Shown in pieces: positions 1-10,173 of a stretch of 64,000 nucleotides of DNA. The notes under the pieces are model-generated. The model did no database searches. It worked only from the letters and a program-made list of their open reading frames with translations, and was not told the origin of the DNA. Source of the stretch: Spirochaetia bacterium. GTDB lineage: Bacteria > Spirochaetota > Spirochaetia > DSM-2461. The stretch covers positions 224,001 to 288,000 of the forward strand of contig CAXXIA010000002.1 of NCBI GenBank assembly GCA_963666985.2. The letters run 5' to 3'. Within the stretch, counting starts at the first letter, position 1; each line of letters opens with the position of its first letter. Made by a program: the position numbers and the translations under genes.

Positions 1-1306
1 TCCAATTTCCCGATCCCAAGAGGCTGTGGATATAGATTCCGGGAACTCCGGCCATGCAGAGCATCACCGCCTGCGAAGAGAGGAACTTCGCGGCCCGCCG
101 GTCAACGGGCAGAGTCTCTTCGGCCACGGCATCTCTGTAGCTGATATTCAATTCGTACGGAATATCCCCTTCCGGCGTGGATTTGTAGCTCACCAATCCG
201 CCGCGGGCCTTCACCGCCGCCACGAGTCCTTCCAGCTCGGACTCATCCAGATATCCCCGGGAGGGAAGCACGCCCACCCCGTCGTGAGAGGCCAGGAAAT
301 TAAAGAACGTGTAATCCGGATTCGGCGCGGGAAGCGTCGAGGCCCATGCGGTCAGCTTCGAGGCATCTCCCCGAATGAACGCATCCAGCGTAAGCGGCGG
401 CAGCGTGAACTGATAGACCATATGGGCTTCGTCCGTACCGTCGCCGAAGTACGAAATGTTCTCTTTGTGAGGTACGTTCGTCTCTGTGATGAGAATAACC
501 CCCGGGGCGACTTCCGCCAGAATCAATCGGAACAGCTTCACCATTTCATGGGTTTTCGGATGGTGCATGCAGGTTGTGCCGATTTCCTTCCACAAAAAGC
601 CGATGGCATCCAGCCTGATAATCCGAATACCCTTTTTCACGTAATCCAAAAGGATGTCGACGAACTCCAGAAAAACATCCGGATTGGCGAAATTCACATC
701 CACCTGATCCCGGCTGAAGGTGGTCCAGACAAGTTTCTTCTCTCCGGCGACATCGAATTCATGAAGAAGGGGAAGCGCTCTGGGCCTGAAAACAGCCGAA
801 AGATCGGTTCCCGGTTCCACCGTAATGAAATACCCGGAGTATTTTTTATCGCCCTCCAGAAACTTCTTAAACCACGTTCCTTTGGCGCTGCAATGATTCA
901 AAACCAAATCCGCCATAAGACGGAACGACGAAGCGATGGCGGAAATTTGCGGCCAATCGCCCCAATCTGGATTAACCTGCCTGTAATCCATTACGGAAAA
1001 ACCGTCGTCCGATGAATACGGAGAAAAAGGAAGAATGTGGATTCCGGAAACAACCCCGTTCAGCTTCTCATCGGCGAATTTCTTCAGCGTATCCAGAGGG
1101 ACTTCTCCGGGAGACTGAACATTATCGCCGTATGTAATCATCACCGCATCGCCCTCATCCGCGGGGATGCCGCCTCCCGGAGCACCGGGAATCTTCGGAA
1201 GATCCCTCCGCCATTTCTCCATCAGTGCGTTCAGGCGGGTTAATGTTCCGCCGCCGATTTCGTTTCCATAGATGTAGTCCAGTTTTTCCTTTATCCGCTT
1301 ATCCAT
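1..1306 (-). CDS. Sucrose/glucosylglycerate phosphorylase, GH13_18 family (runs off the window start)
   Basis: Not in the ORF track. Manual minus-strand translation from ATG 1306 (preceded by GAGGTG) gives MDKRIKEKLDYIYG...DAVMITYGDNV...GIHILPFSPYSSDDGFSVMDY...DAVLNH, typical GH13_18 motifs. Confidence 0.85.
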   Translation of the reverse strand, partial: MDKRIKEKLDYIYGNEIGGGTLTRLNALMEKWRRDLPKIPGAPGGGIPADEGDAVMITYGDNVQSPGEVPLDTLKKFADEKLNGVVSGIHILPFSPYSSDDGFSVMDYRQVNPDWGDWPQISAIASSFRLMADLVLNHCSAKGTWFKKFLEGDKKYSGYFITVEPGTDLSAVFRPRALPLLHEFDVAGEKKLVWTTFSRDQVDVNFANPDVFLEFVDILLDYVKKGIRIIRLDAIGFLWKEIGTTCMHHPKTHEMVKLFRLILAEVAPGVILITETNVPHKENISYFGDGTDEAHMVYQFTLPPLTLDAFIRGDASKLTAWASTLPAPNPDYTFFNFLASHDGVGVLPSRGYLDESELEGLVAAVKARGGLVSYKSTPEGDIPYELNISYRDAVAEETLPVDRRAAKFLSSQAVMLCMAGVPGIYIHSLLGSGNW

Positions 1307-1448
1307 GTACACCTCGCTTCCGTCCGCATATATCTATCATAAACGTTCGGAAGATTGATTCCAGGAAAGAATTTAAAAAACCATCGTCTGCGCGGCGGAT
1401 TAAAAATTCGAACAAGCCGCTTCTTTCCGGTTCAAAGCGGCATTGATA

Positions 1449-1964
1449 TCATCCCGCCGCCCAGAACCTCCAGGCCATCAGAATCAAAAGAACGAATCCG
1501 GCGATAAACTTATAGGCGATGGCCGCTGCTTTTCCCAAAACGGCGCCGATACCGGCCTGAATACTCTCTTCAGGGTCGCGCCGGGAAAAGAAATATTCAA
1601 AAAGAAAAGTCAGCGCGAAACAGCCGACGAACACACCGATTACCGATCCGATTACGGGAAAAAACATGGAACCCAGGATTCCTCCGAGAAAACCTCCCAG
1701 AGCGGCTCCCCACATTCCCGCTCGCCCGGCGCCCGTTTTTTTGGCCCCGGCCGCACCGAATATCTGATCAAGGATCTCTCCCGAAACGGCAATCATCAGA
1801 AAAATGAAAAACCACATCCAGGTAAAATCCGTCCCGTTTCCGGTAAGAACGGCGACGAGGGAACCGGCCGCGGGAACGAAATTCCCCGGAAGCCCCAGCA
1901 GATTCAGCAGAACCGCCAAAGAGGAAATGACGAAAATGACGATTTCCCAAACAAGCAAATCCAT
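1449..1964 (-). CDS. DUF456 family membrane protein
   Basis: Hydrophobic ORF with LPGN, GAKKTGAGRAGMWGAALGG and PVIGSVIG motifs. Start trimmed to MDLLVW. Confidence 0.75.
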   Translation of the reverse strand: MDLLVWEIVIFVISSLAVLLNLLGLPGNFVPAAGSLVAVLTGNGTDFTWMWFFIFLMIAVSGEILDQIFGAAGAKKTGAGRAGMWGAALGGFLGGILGSMFFPVIGSVIGVFVGCFALTFLFEYFFSRRDPEESIQAGIGAVLGKAAAIAYKFIAGFVLLILMAWRFWAAG

Positions 1965-2384
1965 AATAATGATTATCGCATTATCAGCCGTACTCCGGTA
2001 TGCTTGAAGCCTCGATAAAGTGCGAATCAACCTCCTGATGTGATGCCCCGGTATTTCTCGCACAGAACGGCGGCTGATGGAAACGCATCGTTTAACTGCG
2101 AACGTAACCGGCGAGACGCCAATATACCATCCCTCGGCCTCAATTCGTTCCATTGAGCCGCCGTTTCGCCGTCTTGGAATTTCAGGGACACCGCACTATG
2201 TTGAAAAGAACCCTCATGATTCCTTCGGGAAGATGAGTTAAGCTTGAGTAATGCAGTTGGAAAAAATTGAACATTATCATGCCGTTTTTCTCCGGAACAT
2301 AAATCCCTTCAAAGAATGTTGCTTGACGTCAATCCATAATTGTTTATTCTCAAAGTACAGATAAAGACGTACCGGAGTTAACGT

Positions 2385-3662
2385 ATGGCTAAAAAACGAA
2401 TCGGCTTTATTTCCTTCCGACTTGCGGGAACGGACGGCGTATCGCTCGAAACCGCGAAATGGGCCGCCGCCGCGGAACAGCTGGGCTGTGAAACTTATTT
2501 CATGGCGGGAGAACTGGACACTCCGCCGGAAAAATCCTTCCTTGAAGAAAAGCTCCATTTCCAGCATCCGGAGATCAAGGACATTTACAATGAATCTTTC
2601 GGCAAAGTTTCCAGAGATCCTTCTCTGACATTGAAAATTCATGAAATGAGATCGTATCTCAAAACAGCTATTTACAATTTCATAAAGAAATTTCAGCTGG
2701 ATATGATTGTCCCGCAGAATGCGCTGACCATCCCGCTGAATATTCCGCTGGGATTGGCCTTAACCGAAATTATTGCCGAAACGGGAATGCCCGTTATTGC
2801 GCACCATCATGATTTTTTCTGGGAGCGAAAAAGATTTCTGCGCAATTGCGTCTGGGATTACATCAATATGTGTTTTCCTCCTCACTTGCCCAACATCGAG
2901 CATGTCGTTATCAATACCTCGGGACAAAACCAGCTCGCCCTGAGAACGGGAATTTCTTCGGACCTGATTCCCAATGTCATGGATTTCGAAACAGGCCCGC
3001 CGCCTGTGGATGAATACATCACCAATGTCCGCGCCGAATTGGGAGTCGGCGAAGACGAATTATTCATTCTCCAGCCCACTCGAGTCGTTCAAAGAAAAGG
3101 AATCGAACACGCCATCGAATTCGTAGCCCGGCTGAAACAGAAAGCGGTACTGGTTATTTCACATGCGTCCGGCGACGAAGGCTTCGAATATCAGACACGG
3201 GTAAAAGAATATGCGGAAATGATGAAAATTCGTGCCCTCTTTGTCGACGATATCATTCAGGAGAAACGAGGGCTTACCGAGGACGGCCGTAAAATCTATG
3301 TTCTTGAAGACATCTATCCGCATGCGGATTTGGTAACCTATCCTTCTCTCATCGAAGGATTCGGGAACGCATTTTTAGAGACGATTTGGTTCCGCAAACC
3401 CATTCTCGTGAATAATTATTCCATATACGCGACGGACATCAAACCGAAAGGTTTTCAGGTTATCGAGATGGACAACTTTATCTCAAAACAGACCATTGAA
3501 ACGGCCAATAAGGTGTTAAGCGATCGAGCCTTATCCCGGGAAATGGCCGAAACCAACTATGAACTCGGCAAGCGCTACTACTCATATGGCGTCCTTAAAA
3601 GCCAGCTTCATGCGCTCCTCACCAGATTCTGGGGCGACCACTACTGCGATACGACACGATGA
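2385..3662 (+). CDS. GT-B (GT4-like) glycosyltransferase, mannosylglucosylglycerate-synthase-like
   Basis: RLAGTDGVSLETAKW N-terminus, HHHDFFWER, QPTRVVQRKGIE, YPSLIEGFGN. Confidence 0.8.
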   Translation: MAKKRIGFISFRLAGTDGVSLETAKWAAAAEQLGCETYFMAGELDTPPEKSFLEEKLHFQHPEIKDIYNESFGKVSRDPSLTLKIHEMRSYLKTAIYNFIKKFQLDMIVPQNALTIPLNIPLGLALTEIIAETGMPVIAHHHDFFWERKRFLRNCVWDYINMCFPPHLPNIEHVVINTSGQNQLALRTGISSDLIPNVMDFETGPPPVDEYITNVRAELGVGEDELFILQPTRVVQRKGIEHAIEFVARLKQKAVLVISHASGDEGFEYQTRVKEYAEMMKIRALFVDDIIQEKRGLTEDGRKIYVLEDIYPHADLVTYPSLIEGFGNAFLETIWFRKPILVNNYSIYATDIKPKGFQVIEMDNFISKQTIETANKVLSDRALSREMAETNYELGKRYYSYGVLKSQLHALLTRFWGDHYCDTTR

Positions 3663-5188
3663 AAATAGCTCTGTTCCATTACCATCTTAAGCCCGGCGGC
3701 GTAACGGATGTCGTCGTTTACTCGGTTCGTTCCCTTCTTTCCCGAATGGAAAATCTCTCCGAAATTCGTCTGGTTACCGGAGATGCGGAAGGAACCGAAG
3801 ACGTCCTGGATGCCATTCGAAGCAACCTGGATAGAAATATCGCCGATAAACTCCGAATCGACGTTCTGGAAGAACTCGCCTATGTTGAAACCGAAGACGG
3901 TCCCGATGCCGTGAAGTTGGCCGAGCGTCTGGAAGCCAGGTATGGTGAAGATACTCTCTGGTGGATTCATAACTACCACATTGGAAAAAATACGGCCTTT
4001 ACCGCGGCCGTTATGAGCATCGCCGAAGCGGGAAAACGTGACATGCTCCTGCATATCCACGATTTTCCCGAATGCGGACGGTACGAGAACCTTAAAAAAC
4101 TGGATGAGGCTCTTCCCAAGCCGCCCTATCCTTCGGGCCCGAGGGTTAGGTACGCGGTTATCAACGAACGGGATCAGCGGATACTGGCCGATGCGGGACT
4201 GGAAAAATCCGTATTTCTCCTTGCCAATCCGGTACCGCTGAATCCCCTTTCCGAAGCGAACCCGGACGGAGTTCGTCAAGCGCTGCTGGAAAAATGCGCA
4301 AAGGACAACCCGGCGTATATCGACGGTGCTCCGCTCATCCTCTATCCGGTTCGGGCCATACGGCGAAAAAATATTCTTGAAGCCGCATTGATGGTCCGGC
4401 TTCTTGAAGAACCTTCAAACCTGATACTGACTCTGCCCGGTGTATCCGCGCAGGAAAAGCCGTACTCGGATCTGGTCGCCAAGGCGTTTCGAGACGGGCT
4501 GATACCCGGAATCTGGTGTCCCGAGGCAGCGGGAGACAAACGTCTCTCCTATCGGGTTCTTACCGCTTCCTGCGATGCCGTCATCTCAACGTCGGTGCAG
4601 GAGGGATTCGGTTATCTGTTCTTAAATGCCCTCCATTGGAAAAAACCGCTTCTGGCCCGTTATTTGGACATCCTCGACGGGATCTTGGATTTCTTCGGTG
4701 AATATCCGAGGCGATTCTGGGCGGATTTCCGAATTCCGGCGAATAAAGACCTGGTTTCGCGGACAAAGAAGGCTTATGAAGATAAAATCAAGACGATCGC
4801 ATCTTCTTTATCCGATAAATCCGTTAAATCAATAAAATCGACTGTTGGGAAATTGGCCTCCGGGGGAGGAATCGATATCTCATTTCTCAGTGTTGAAGAT
4901 CAATTGGAAGCATTGAGGGCGGCTCGCGACGATGCGAATTGGATCGAAGAAACAAAACTACTGAATAAAGAACTCCTGGACTCCATCGGCAGAACACTCA
5001 TGGCCCGGCCGCCGGACATGGATCGGACGATAGAGGCTCATTTCGGTGAAGGTGCCTATATTCGCAGCTTCATGGAGATCGTTTCGGATTTCGGCGAAAA
5101 AGTGCCGACGCCGCCGGCGGCGAAGGTGCGCGAATCGGTTTCCAAGGCATTCGGCAGAATCGACAATATCCGGCTGATCTACGATTAA
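3659..5188 (+). CDS. GT-B glycosyltransferase, paralog-like of the upstream gene
   Basis: HYHLKPGGVT, HIHDFPE, YPVRAIRRKNILE, TSVQEGFG. ATGA overlap with the upstream gene. Confidence 0.75.
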   Translation: MKIALFHYHLKPGGVTDVVVYSVRSLLSRMENLSEIRLVTGDAEGTEDVLDAIRSNLDRNIADKLRIDVLEELAYVETEDGPDAVKLAERLEARYGEDTLWWIHNYHIGKNTAFTAAVMSIAEAGKRDMLLHIHDFPECGRYENLKKLDEALPKPPYPSGPRVRYAVINERDQRILADAGLEKSVFLLANPVPLNPLSEANPDGVRQALLEKCAKDNPAYIDGAPLILYPVRAIRRKNILEAALMVRLLEEPSNLILTLPGVSAQEKPYSDLVAKAFRDGLIPGIWCPEAAGDKRLSYRVLTASCDAVISTSVQEGFGYLFLNALHWKKPLLARYLDILDGILDFFGEYPRRFWADFRIPANKDLVSRTKKAYEDKIKTIASSLSDKSVKSIKSTVGKLASGGGIDISFLSVEDQLEALRAARDDANWIEETKLLNKELLDSIGRTLMARPPDMDRTIEAHFGEGAYIRSFMEIVSDFGEKVPTPPAAKVRESVSKAFGRIDNIRLIYD

Positions 5189-5258
5189 ATAGCCGCTCTG
5201 GGGCTTGAAAGGTGCAGGCAAGCCGCATCCGGTCACCTCAGGCGGTTGTAAAAACGGT

Positions 5259-5975
5259 CTATTTCCTGCCGTAACCGAATAATTTCCGAAAAAGATCGCT
5301 CATTCCCCGATGCTTCTCCGGCAAGCTCTTCCCGGTGAATACCGAAACATCATCTTCTCTTCCGACGATCAGCAAAATGTCTTCCGAACTCAGCCTGTAT
5401 TCGGGAACAAAAAATTGGTAATCGCCCTCGCCTCCTCGGCGAAAGGCCACGACATTGATGCCGCGAGTTCGGCGGACATCGGTTTCCAGGAGCGTCTTTC
5501 CAATCAGCTCGGGGGGAACGCCGGTTTCGGCCATAACCAAGCCCCCGGAAATCGGCAGATAGTTAAAAAGAATGTCCGAAACCAACAGCGGCGTAACTCT
5601 CTTGGCGGCTTCATAATTCGGAAAAACAACGTGATCGGCTCCGACAATGGATAAAATCTCACCATGCTGTTCCGTTTCGGCTTTCACGATGATTTTCGAC
5701 ACACCCAGTTTGCTCAAATACTGAGTAACCAGGATGGATGCCTCGATTTTATCTCCCAAATCCACAACAACGGCATCGATGTCCGAAGGAATCAGCTTGG
5801 TAACCGTTTCCTCGTTGATTACGTCGGAGATGTACGCCGCCGTGACATCGTTTTTGTAAAAATCAACGACATCCGGATCTTTATCTATCAGGATAATTTC
5901 ACAATCCAGCAGGATGAGCTCTTCCAAAATACGCTTTCCAAAGGTACTTGCCCCAATTACGGCATACTGCTTCAT
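5259..5975 (-). CDS. trkA: Trk/Ktr potassium uptake NAD-binding (RCK) subunit
   Basis: YAVIGASTFG Rossmann motif, GADHVVFP, TrkA-C domain. Confidence 0.9.
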   Translation of the reverse strand: MKQYAVIGASTFGKRILEELILLDCEIILIDKDPDVVDFYKNDVTAAYISDVINEETVTKLIPSDIDAVVVDLGDKIEASILVTQYLSKLGVSKIIVKAETEQHGEILSIVGADHVVFPNYEAAKRVTPLLVSDILFNYLPISGGLVMAETGVPPELIGKTLLETDVRRTRGINVVAFRRGGEGDYQFFVPEYRLSSEDILLIVGREDDVSVFTGKSLPEKHRGMSDLFRKLFGYGRK

Positions 5976-7315
5976 CCGATTAATACCTCGCCTTTAGGAT
6001 AATCTATCAATACTTCGGCCCGATCTCTTGCCGTTCTGATAACCAGAGAAAATAAACCGACTCTGCCCGCGAACATGGTTATCGCCACGACGATTTTACC
6101 GCCGAGTGAAAGACCTCCGGTTATCCCCATGGAAAGCCCCACGGTTCCCAATGCGGAAACACACTCGAAGACCACCTGATTCGAGGAAAATCCGCGGGGA
6201 ATTTCCAGGATGCCCAAAGCCAGAATACTGACAAACAGCAGCGAAACGGCTTTCAGAAAAAACATCGCCGCCCTGCTTACATCCATTGATGAAATCCGTC
6301 TGCGAAACAAACGGACATCGCCCTTTTCATCCACCCCCCGAAAAAGAACGAGGAAGAGAATAAACGCCGTTGAAACCTTGATTCCTCCCGCTGTGGATCC
6401 CGATCCGCCGCCGATGAGCATTAAGACCAAAGTCAGCCAGCGTGACGGATCGGACAAGGCGGCCTGATCAACCGTATTAAAGCCAGCCGTTCTCGTGGTA
6501 ACCGACTGAAACAGCGCCGCCAAAAACTTTTCACCGCCGGGAAGGGAGCGAAACAGCCCCTCGGAATCCAAGGCCAGATATCCGAGAAAACCGATAAGGA
6601 CAAACAAAGGCACCGCCGTAATCATCAGCCTGGAATGGAAAAGCAGAGGACGCCGCCAATCCTGCATTTTTCTGCGGATATCCCGAATAACCATAAAGCC
6701 GATTCCGCCTGTGATGATGAGAGCCATAATCGTCAGATTCACCAGAACGTTTCCCCGAAACGGGACCAAACCTTCGCCGTATAGAGAAAAACCGGCATTG
6801 CAGAACGCCGATACGGCATGAAACACACCCTCGACAACAGGGCGATCGGTCCCGGCCCGAAAAAACGCGATCGACAAAAGCACGGCTCCGGCCGATTCAA
6901 TGATAAATGTTGTGTAGAGGATGGTTCCGATCATCTGACGCGCTTGGGGCATTTGTTCGGAAACAAAGGATTCGCGAAGGTATCGGCTGCTTTTCAGTGA
7001 AATCCGTACACGGGGCAGCGCGAGATAAAGCATTCCGAAGGTAACGATGCCCAGGCCTCCGGCCTGAATCAGAACCAGGATAATCCATTGTCCCAGCGGA
7101 CTCCACAAAGATGTATCCACGGTAATGAGCCCCGTCACGCAGGAGGCCGAAACGGCTGTAAAAAAGGCATCTTCCGGGGGAACCGCCTTCATGCCTCCGG
7201 AGCCGCTCCAACTCGCCGGCAATGAAAGCATGAACGTCCCTAAAAGAATCAGCCCGATAAAATAAGAGTATAGGGCGAGTCGTTCGGCGGACCAAGCGTG
7301 TCGTTTTCTTCTCAT
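5972..7315 (-). CDS. trkH: Trk/Ktr potassium uptake membrane subunit (TrkH/KtrB)
   Basis: AVSASCVTGL, SAFCNAGFS, TTRTAGFNT, GSTAGGIK, SALGTVGLS pore loops. Start trimmed to MRRKRH. Confidence 0.9.
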   Translation of the reverse strand: MRRKRHAWSAERLALYSYFIGLILLGTFMLSLPASWSGSGGMKAVPPEDAFFTAVSASCVTGLITVDTSLWSPLGQWIILVLIQAGGLGIVTFGMLYLALPRVRISLKSSRYLRESFVSEQMPQARQMIGTILYTTFIIESAGAVLLSIAFFRAGTDRPVVEGVFHAVSAFCNAGFSLYGEGLVPFRGNVLVNLTIMALIITGGIGFMVIRDIRRKMQDWRRPLLFHSRLMITAVPLFVLIGFLGYLALDSEGLFRSLPGGEKFLAALFQSVTTRTAGFNTVDQAALSDPSRWLTLVLMLIGGGSGSTAGGIKVSTAFILFLVLFRGVDEKGDVRLFRRRISSMDVSRAAMFFLKAVSLLFVSILALGILEIPRGFSSNQVVFECVSALGTVGLSMGITGGLSLGGKIVVAITMFAGRVGLFSLVIRTARDRAEVLIDYPKGEVLIG

Positions 7316-7381
7316 CGGCGGCTCACAGAATATCCCGAGAAACGCCGCCGTGCCCAGTCTTGACGGAATCTTCATTTCAGG

Positions 7382-7405
7382 ATATTTAGATATTTGTCTA
7401 AATAT
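7382..7405. promoter_or_regulatory. Perfect 9-6-9 palindrome, putative ArsR/SdpR operator
   Basis: ATATTTAGA-tatttg-TCTAAATAT upstream of the ArsR-family gene. Confidence 0.6.
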
Positions 7406-7457
7406 TTAATTTCGATCTGCCGGAGAAAATCGGACTTCAAATCCGGCGGGAGACCGC

Positions 7458-7742
7458 GTGAACACTCTTTTTAAAGCCCTTGCCGATCCCACGCGTAGAA
7501 AAATCCTGGAACTCCTCAGGGAAAAGGACCTCCGGGCGGGAGAAATCGCCCGGGCCTTTGACATCAGCAAGCCTTCCATCAGCCATCATCTGAATATGCT
7601 CAGACAATCCGGTCTTGTTCTCTCCGAACGGGACGGTCAAAACATCATTTATTCTCTGAACACAACGGTTTTCCAGGAGGTACTGTCATGGATTTACGAT
7701 CTGAAAGGCGAAAAGAACGAGAACAAAACGAAAAAACCGTGA
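7458..7742 (+). CDS. ArsR-family repressor, SdpR-like
   Basis: FKALADPTRRKIL...SKPSISHHL...YSLNTTVFQE. Confidence 0.88.
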   Translation: MNTLFKALADPTRRKILELLREKDLRAGEIARAFDISKPSISHHLNMLRQSGLVLSERDGQNIIYSLNTTVFQEVLSWIYDLKGEKNENKTKKP

Positions 7743-8401
7743 AAAAGGATACATGGCTTGCGGCGCTCTCCACAGCCAATTGGATCGCCGTCCTCATCAT
7801 GCTTCCGCGTATTCCGGACCGCATTCCCCTGCATTGGAACATCGGCGGCGGCATCGACAACTGGGGAGGGAAAATCAACCTTATCTGGCTCGGCGCCGTC
7901 GGACCGGCTCTCTGGGCTCTGATGACGTATCTCCCCTCCATCGACCCGGGAAAAAAGAATTACGCGAAATTCGGCGGTTCCTACCGTGTTATCCGCGCTA
8001 TGCTTGTTATTTTAATGTCGGCCCTGGTTTGGATTTCGGTGGCCGCGGCATCGGAAGAAACCCTCAACGCGGTACTGTTTATAAAAATATCCCTCGGTCT
8101 TGTCTTCACCGTTATCGGGAATCTTATGATGCGGCTCAGACCGAATTGGTTTACCGGCGTCAAAACGCCCTGGACCCTTGCCGACCCCGTAATATGGAAG
8201 AAGACTCATCGTTTGGCCGGCTACTTAATGACCGCCGGGGGACTCATTTTTCTTGTAAGCGCGGCTTTTCTGCCGGGACCGTCGGGATTCTGGATTCCCA
8301 TGATCATTATTGTCGGCGGCGCGTTCGCCGATATTGTCTTCTCGGCCGTTCTCTGGCGGAAATTACACGGCCGTGAGCCCGTTACTCGCCCCAAACGATG
8401 A
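7739..8401 (+). CDS. SdpI-family immunity membrane protein (DUF1648 + SdpI)
   Basis: IPLHWNIGGGIDNWG, PNWFTGVKTPWTL, WKKTHR. GTG start overlaps the ArsR stop. Confidence 0.85.
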   Translation: MKKDTWLAALSTANWIAVLIMLPRIPDRIPLHWNIGGGIDNWGGKINLIWLGAVGPALWALMTYLPSIDPGKKNYAKFGGSYRVIRAMLVILMSALVWISVAAASEETLNAVLFIKISLGLVFTVIGNLMMRLRPNWFTGVKTPWTLADPVIWKKTHRLAGYLMTAGGLIFLVSAAFLPGPSGFWIPMIIIVGGAFADIVFSAVLWRKLHGREPVTRPKR

Positions 8402-9170
8402 TTCGCCGTCCCTTATCCTCGATTATCCGCGCTTTGACGCCGTAAAGATCGGCAAGATGTCGAGGAACGAGCATTTCATCGGCACGGCCTACCTGCAATG
8501 GCCCTTTGCCGTAAAGAAGCACGACTTTGTCGGCCAATCGGGTGACCATATCCGGTTCATGCGAACTCATCAGGAGTGTGATGCCCGACGCCTTCAAATC
8601 GCTCAGTATACCGATAATCCGCTCTCGGTTCGCCGGATCCAAATGATTCGCCGGCTCATCAAGTAAAAGAATCCGCGGTTTCTGAAGCAAGGCCCTCGCG
8701 ATAAGAACCAAACGCCTCTCACCTCCGCTCAGTTCTGAAACGGCGCGTTTGGAAAGATCCGCAATCCCGACACCGCCCAAAGCCTCCTCGGCCAGCGAAA
8801 TATCATGAACACCCGGAGAAGCCAATGGAGGCAAATACGGTGCCCGGCCCAGCAGAACATACTCGAGAACGCTGTAGGAAAACGGCAGATGCTCTTCTTG
8901 AGGAACGAGAGCCATTGTTTTACCGCGCTCCCGCGACGGGAGTCTCTCCAGAGGACGCCCCTCGGAGAACACCGCTCCGCTCGTCGGCCTCCTCCAGCCG
9001 AGGATAAGTTCAAGCAAGGTCGTCTTCCCCGAACCGTTCGGACCGATAAGGCAGCAGGTCTCGCCGGCGGTAACATCCAAATCGAGTCCCCGGAACAGCG
9101 GTACGGCGGAGGAAGACCATGAGAAGTTCACGTTCCGCAATGAAACGGAGGGAACCGCATCAGCGCTCAC
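8382..9170 (-). CDS. Iron-siderophore/cobalamin ABC transporter ATP-binding protein
   Basis: GPNGSGKT, LSGGE, LLLDEPANHLD. Confidence 0.9.
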   Translation of the reverse strand: MSADAVPSVSLRNVNFSWSSSAVPLFRGLDLDVTAGETCCLIGPNGSGKTTLLELILGWRRPTSGAVFSEGRPLERLPSRERGKTMALVPQEEHLPFSYSVLEYVLLGRAPYLPPLASPGVHDISLAEEALGGVGIADLSKRAVSELSGGERRLVLIARALLQKPRILLLDEPANHLDPANRERIIGILSDLKASGITLLMSSHEPDMVTRLADKVVLLYGKGPLQVGRADEMLVPRHLADLYGVKARIIEDKGRRIIVWGE

Positions 9171-10173
9171 GGGGTATCCTTTCCCGAAGGGACATCAGAA
9201 CGGAGAAAGCCAATGCGCCGAAAAGCGAGGTAATCAAACCCAGAGGGATTTCGCCGGTAAGAAGACTTCTCGCCAAATCGTCGCAGAGAAGAACGAACAG
9301 GGCCCCGAGAATCATGGAAAGAGGCAGGGATCGGGACGTATCCGCGCCCGCGATCTTCCGGGAAACATGGGGAACAAGCAGCCCCACCCAGGAAACAACC
9401 CCGGCGGCGGCCGTAACGGCCGCCACGGCAATAACCGAAACAACCACAAGAACACCGCGTTCCCGCCCCGGATTGCTTCCGAGGGCGAAAGCCGACCTGT
9501 CGTCCAATGAAAGAAGGTTGATGCGCCATCGATGGATGCAAAGAAACAGGAGAGAAAAAATCACAGGGAAGGCGGTCCTCGCCACCGCCGACCAGTCGGC
9601 CGAAGAAAGACCGCCCATCAGCCAAAAAGTTATTTCCGGCAGTTCGCTTCTGGGATCGGCCAGCGACTTCAAGACTCCGATACCGGATGAAAAGAACGCC
9701 GATGTGACAATTCCCGCAAGGACCAGTCTCAGGATGCTTCCTCCGTAGCGGAACCGACGGGCCAGCATCCAGCTTAAGCCCAATCCCATAAGGCCGAAAA
9801 AAGCGGCGAAAATTGGAATGTGCCAGAGAGCCTCTCCGGCAAGAAGAATCGCCAGGGCGGCACCGAAAGCGGCCCCCTGGCTCACGCCGAGAAGTCCCGG
9901 CTCAACGAGAGGGTTGCCCAAGACGGTCTGCAGCACCGTACCCGCCGCGGCAAGGGAAGCACCGAGCATCAGGGCGCAAAGAATCCGCGGAAGCCGAATA
10001 TTCCAAAGAAGAGCGCGCGCCAATGCATTCTCTTTCAAAACCGAGAAGCCGGTGAACCCGGGTTCGGGATAACGTCCCCAGACGGCGGACAAAAAGACGA
10101 GGACCGCCAAGAGGAGGGAAACGGCGGCGAAGGCCGCACGCCGCTTTTTCTCGGAAATCAGTCCGGGCTCCAC
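9160..10173 (-). CDS. FecCD/BtuC-family ABC permease
   Basis: IRLPR, NPLVEPGLLGVSQGA, FWLMGGL, WVGLLVPH, EIPLG. Confidence 0.9.
   Translation of the reverse strand: MEPGLISEKKRRAAFAAVSLLLAVLVFLSAVWGRYPEPGFTGFSVLKENALARALLWNIRLPRILCALMLGASLAAAGTVLQTVLGNPLVEPGLLGVSQGAAFGAALAILLAGEALWHIPIFAAFFGLMGLGLSWMLARRFRYGGSILRLVLAGIVTSAFFSSGIGVLKSLADPRSELPEITFWLMGGLSSADWSAVARTAFPVIFSLLFLCIHRWRINLLSLDDRSAFALGSNPGRERGVLVVVSVIAVAAVTAAAGVVSWVGLLVPHVSRKIAGADTSRSLPLSMILGALFVLLCDDLARSLLTGEIPLGLITSLFGALAFSVLMSLRERIPRER

Noticed and set aside
26..1015. 329-aa + strand ORF
   Set aside because: Antisense shadow of the GH13_18 phosphorylase on the minus strand.
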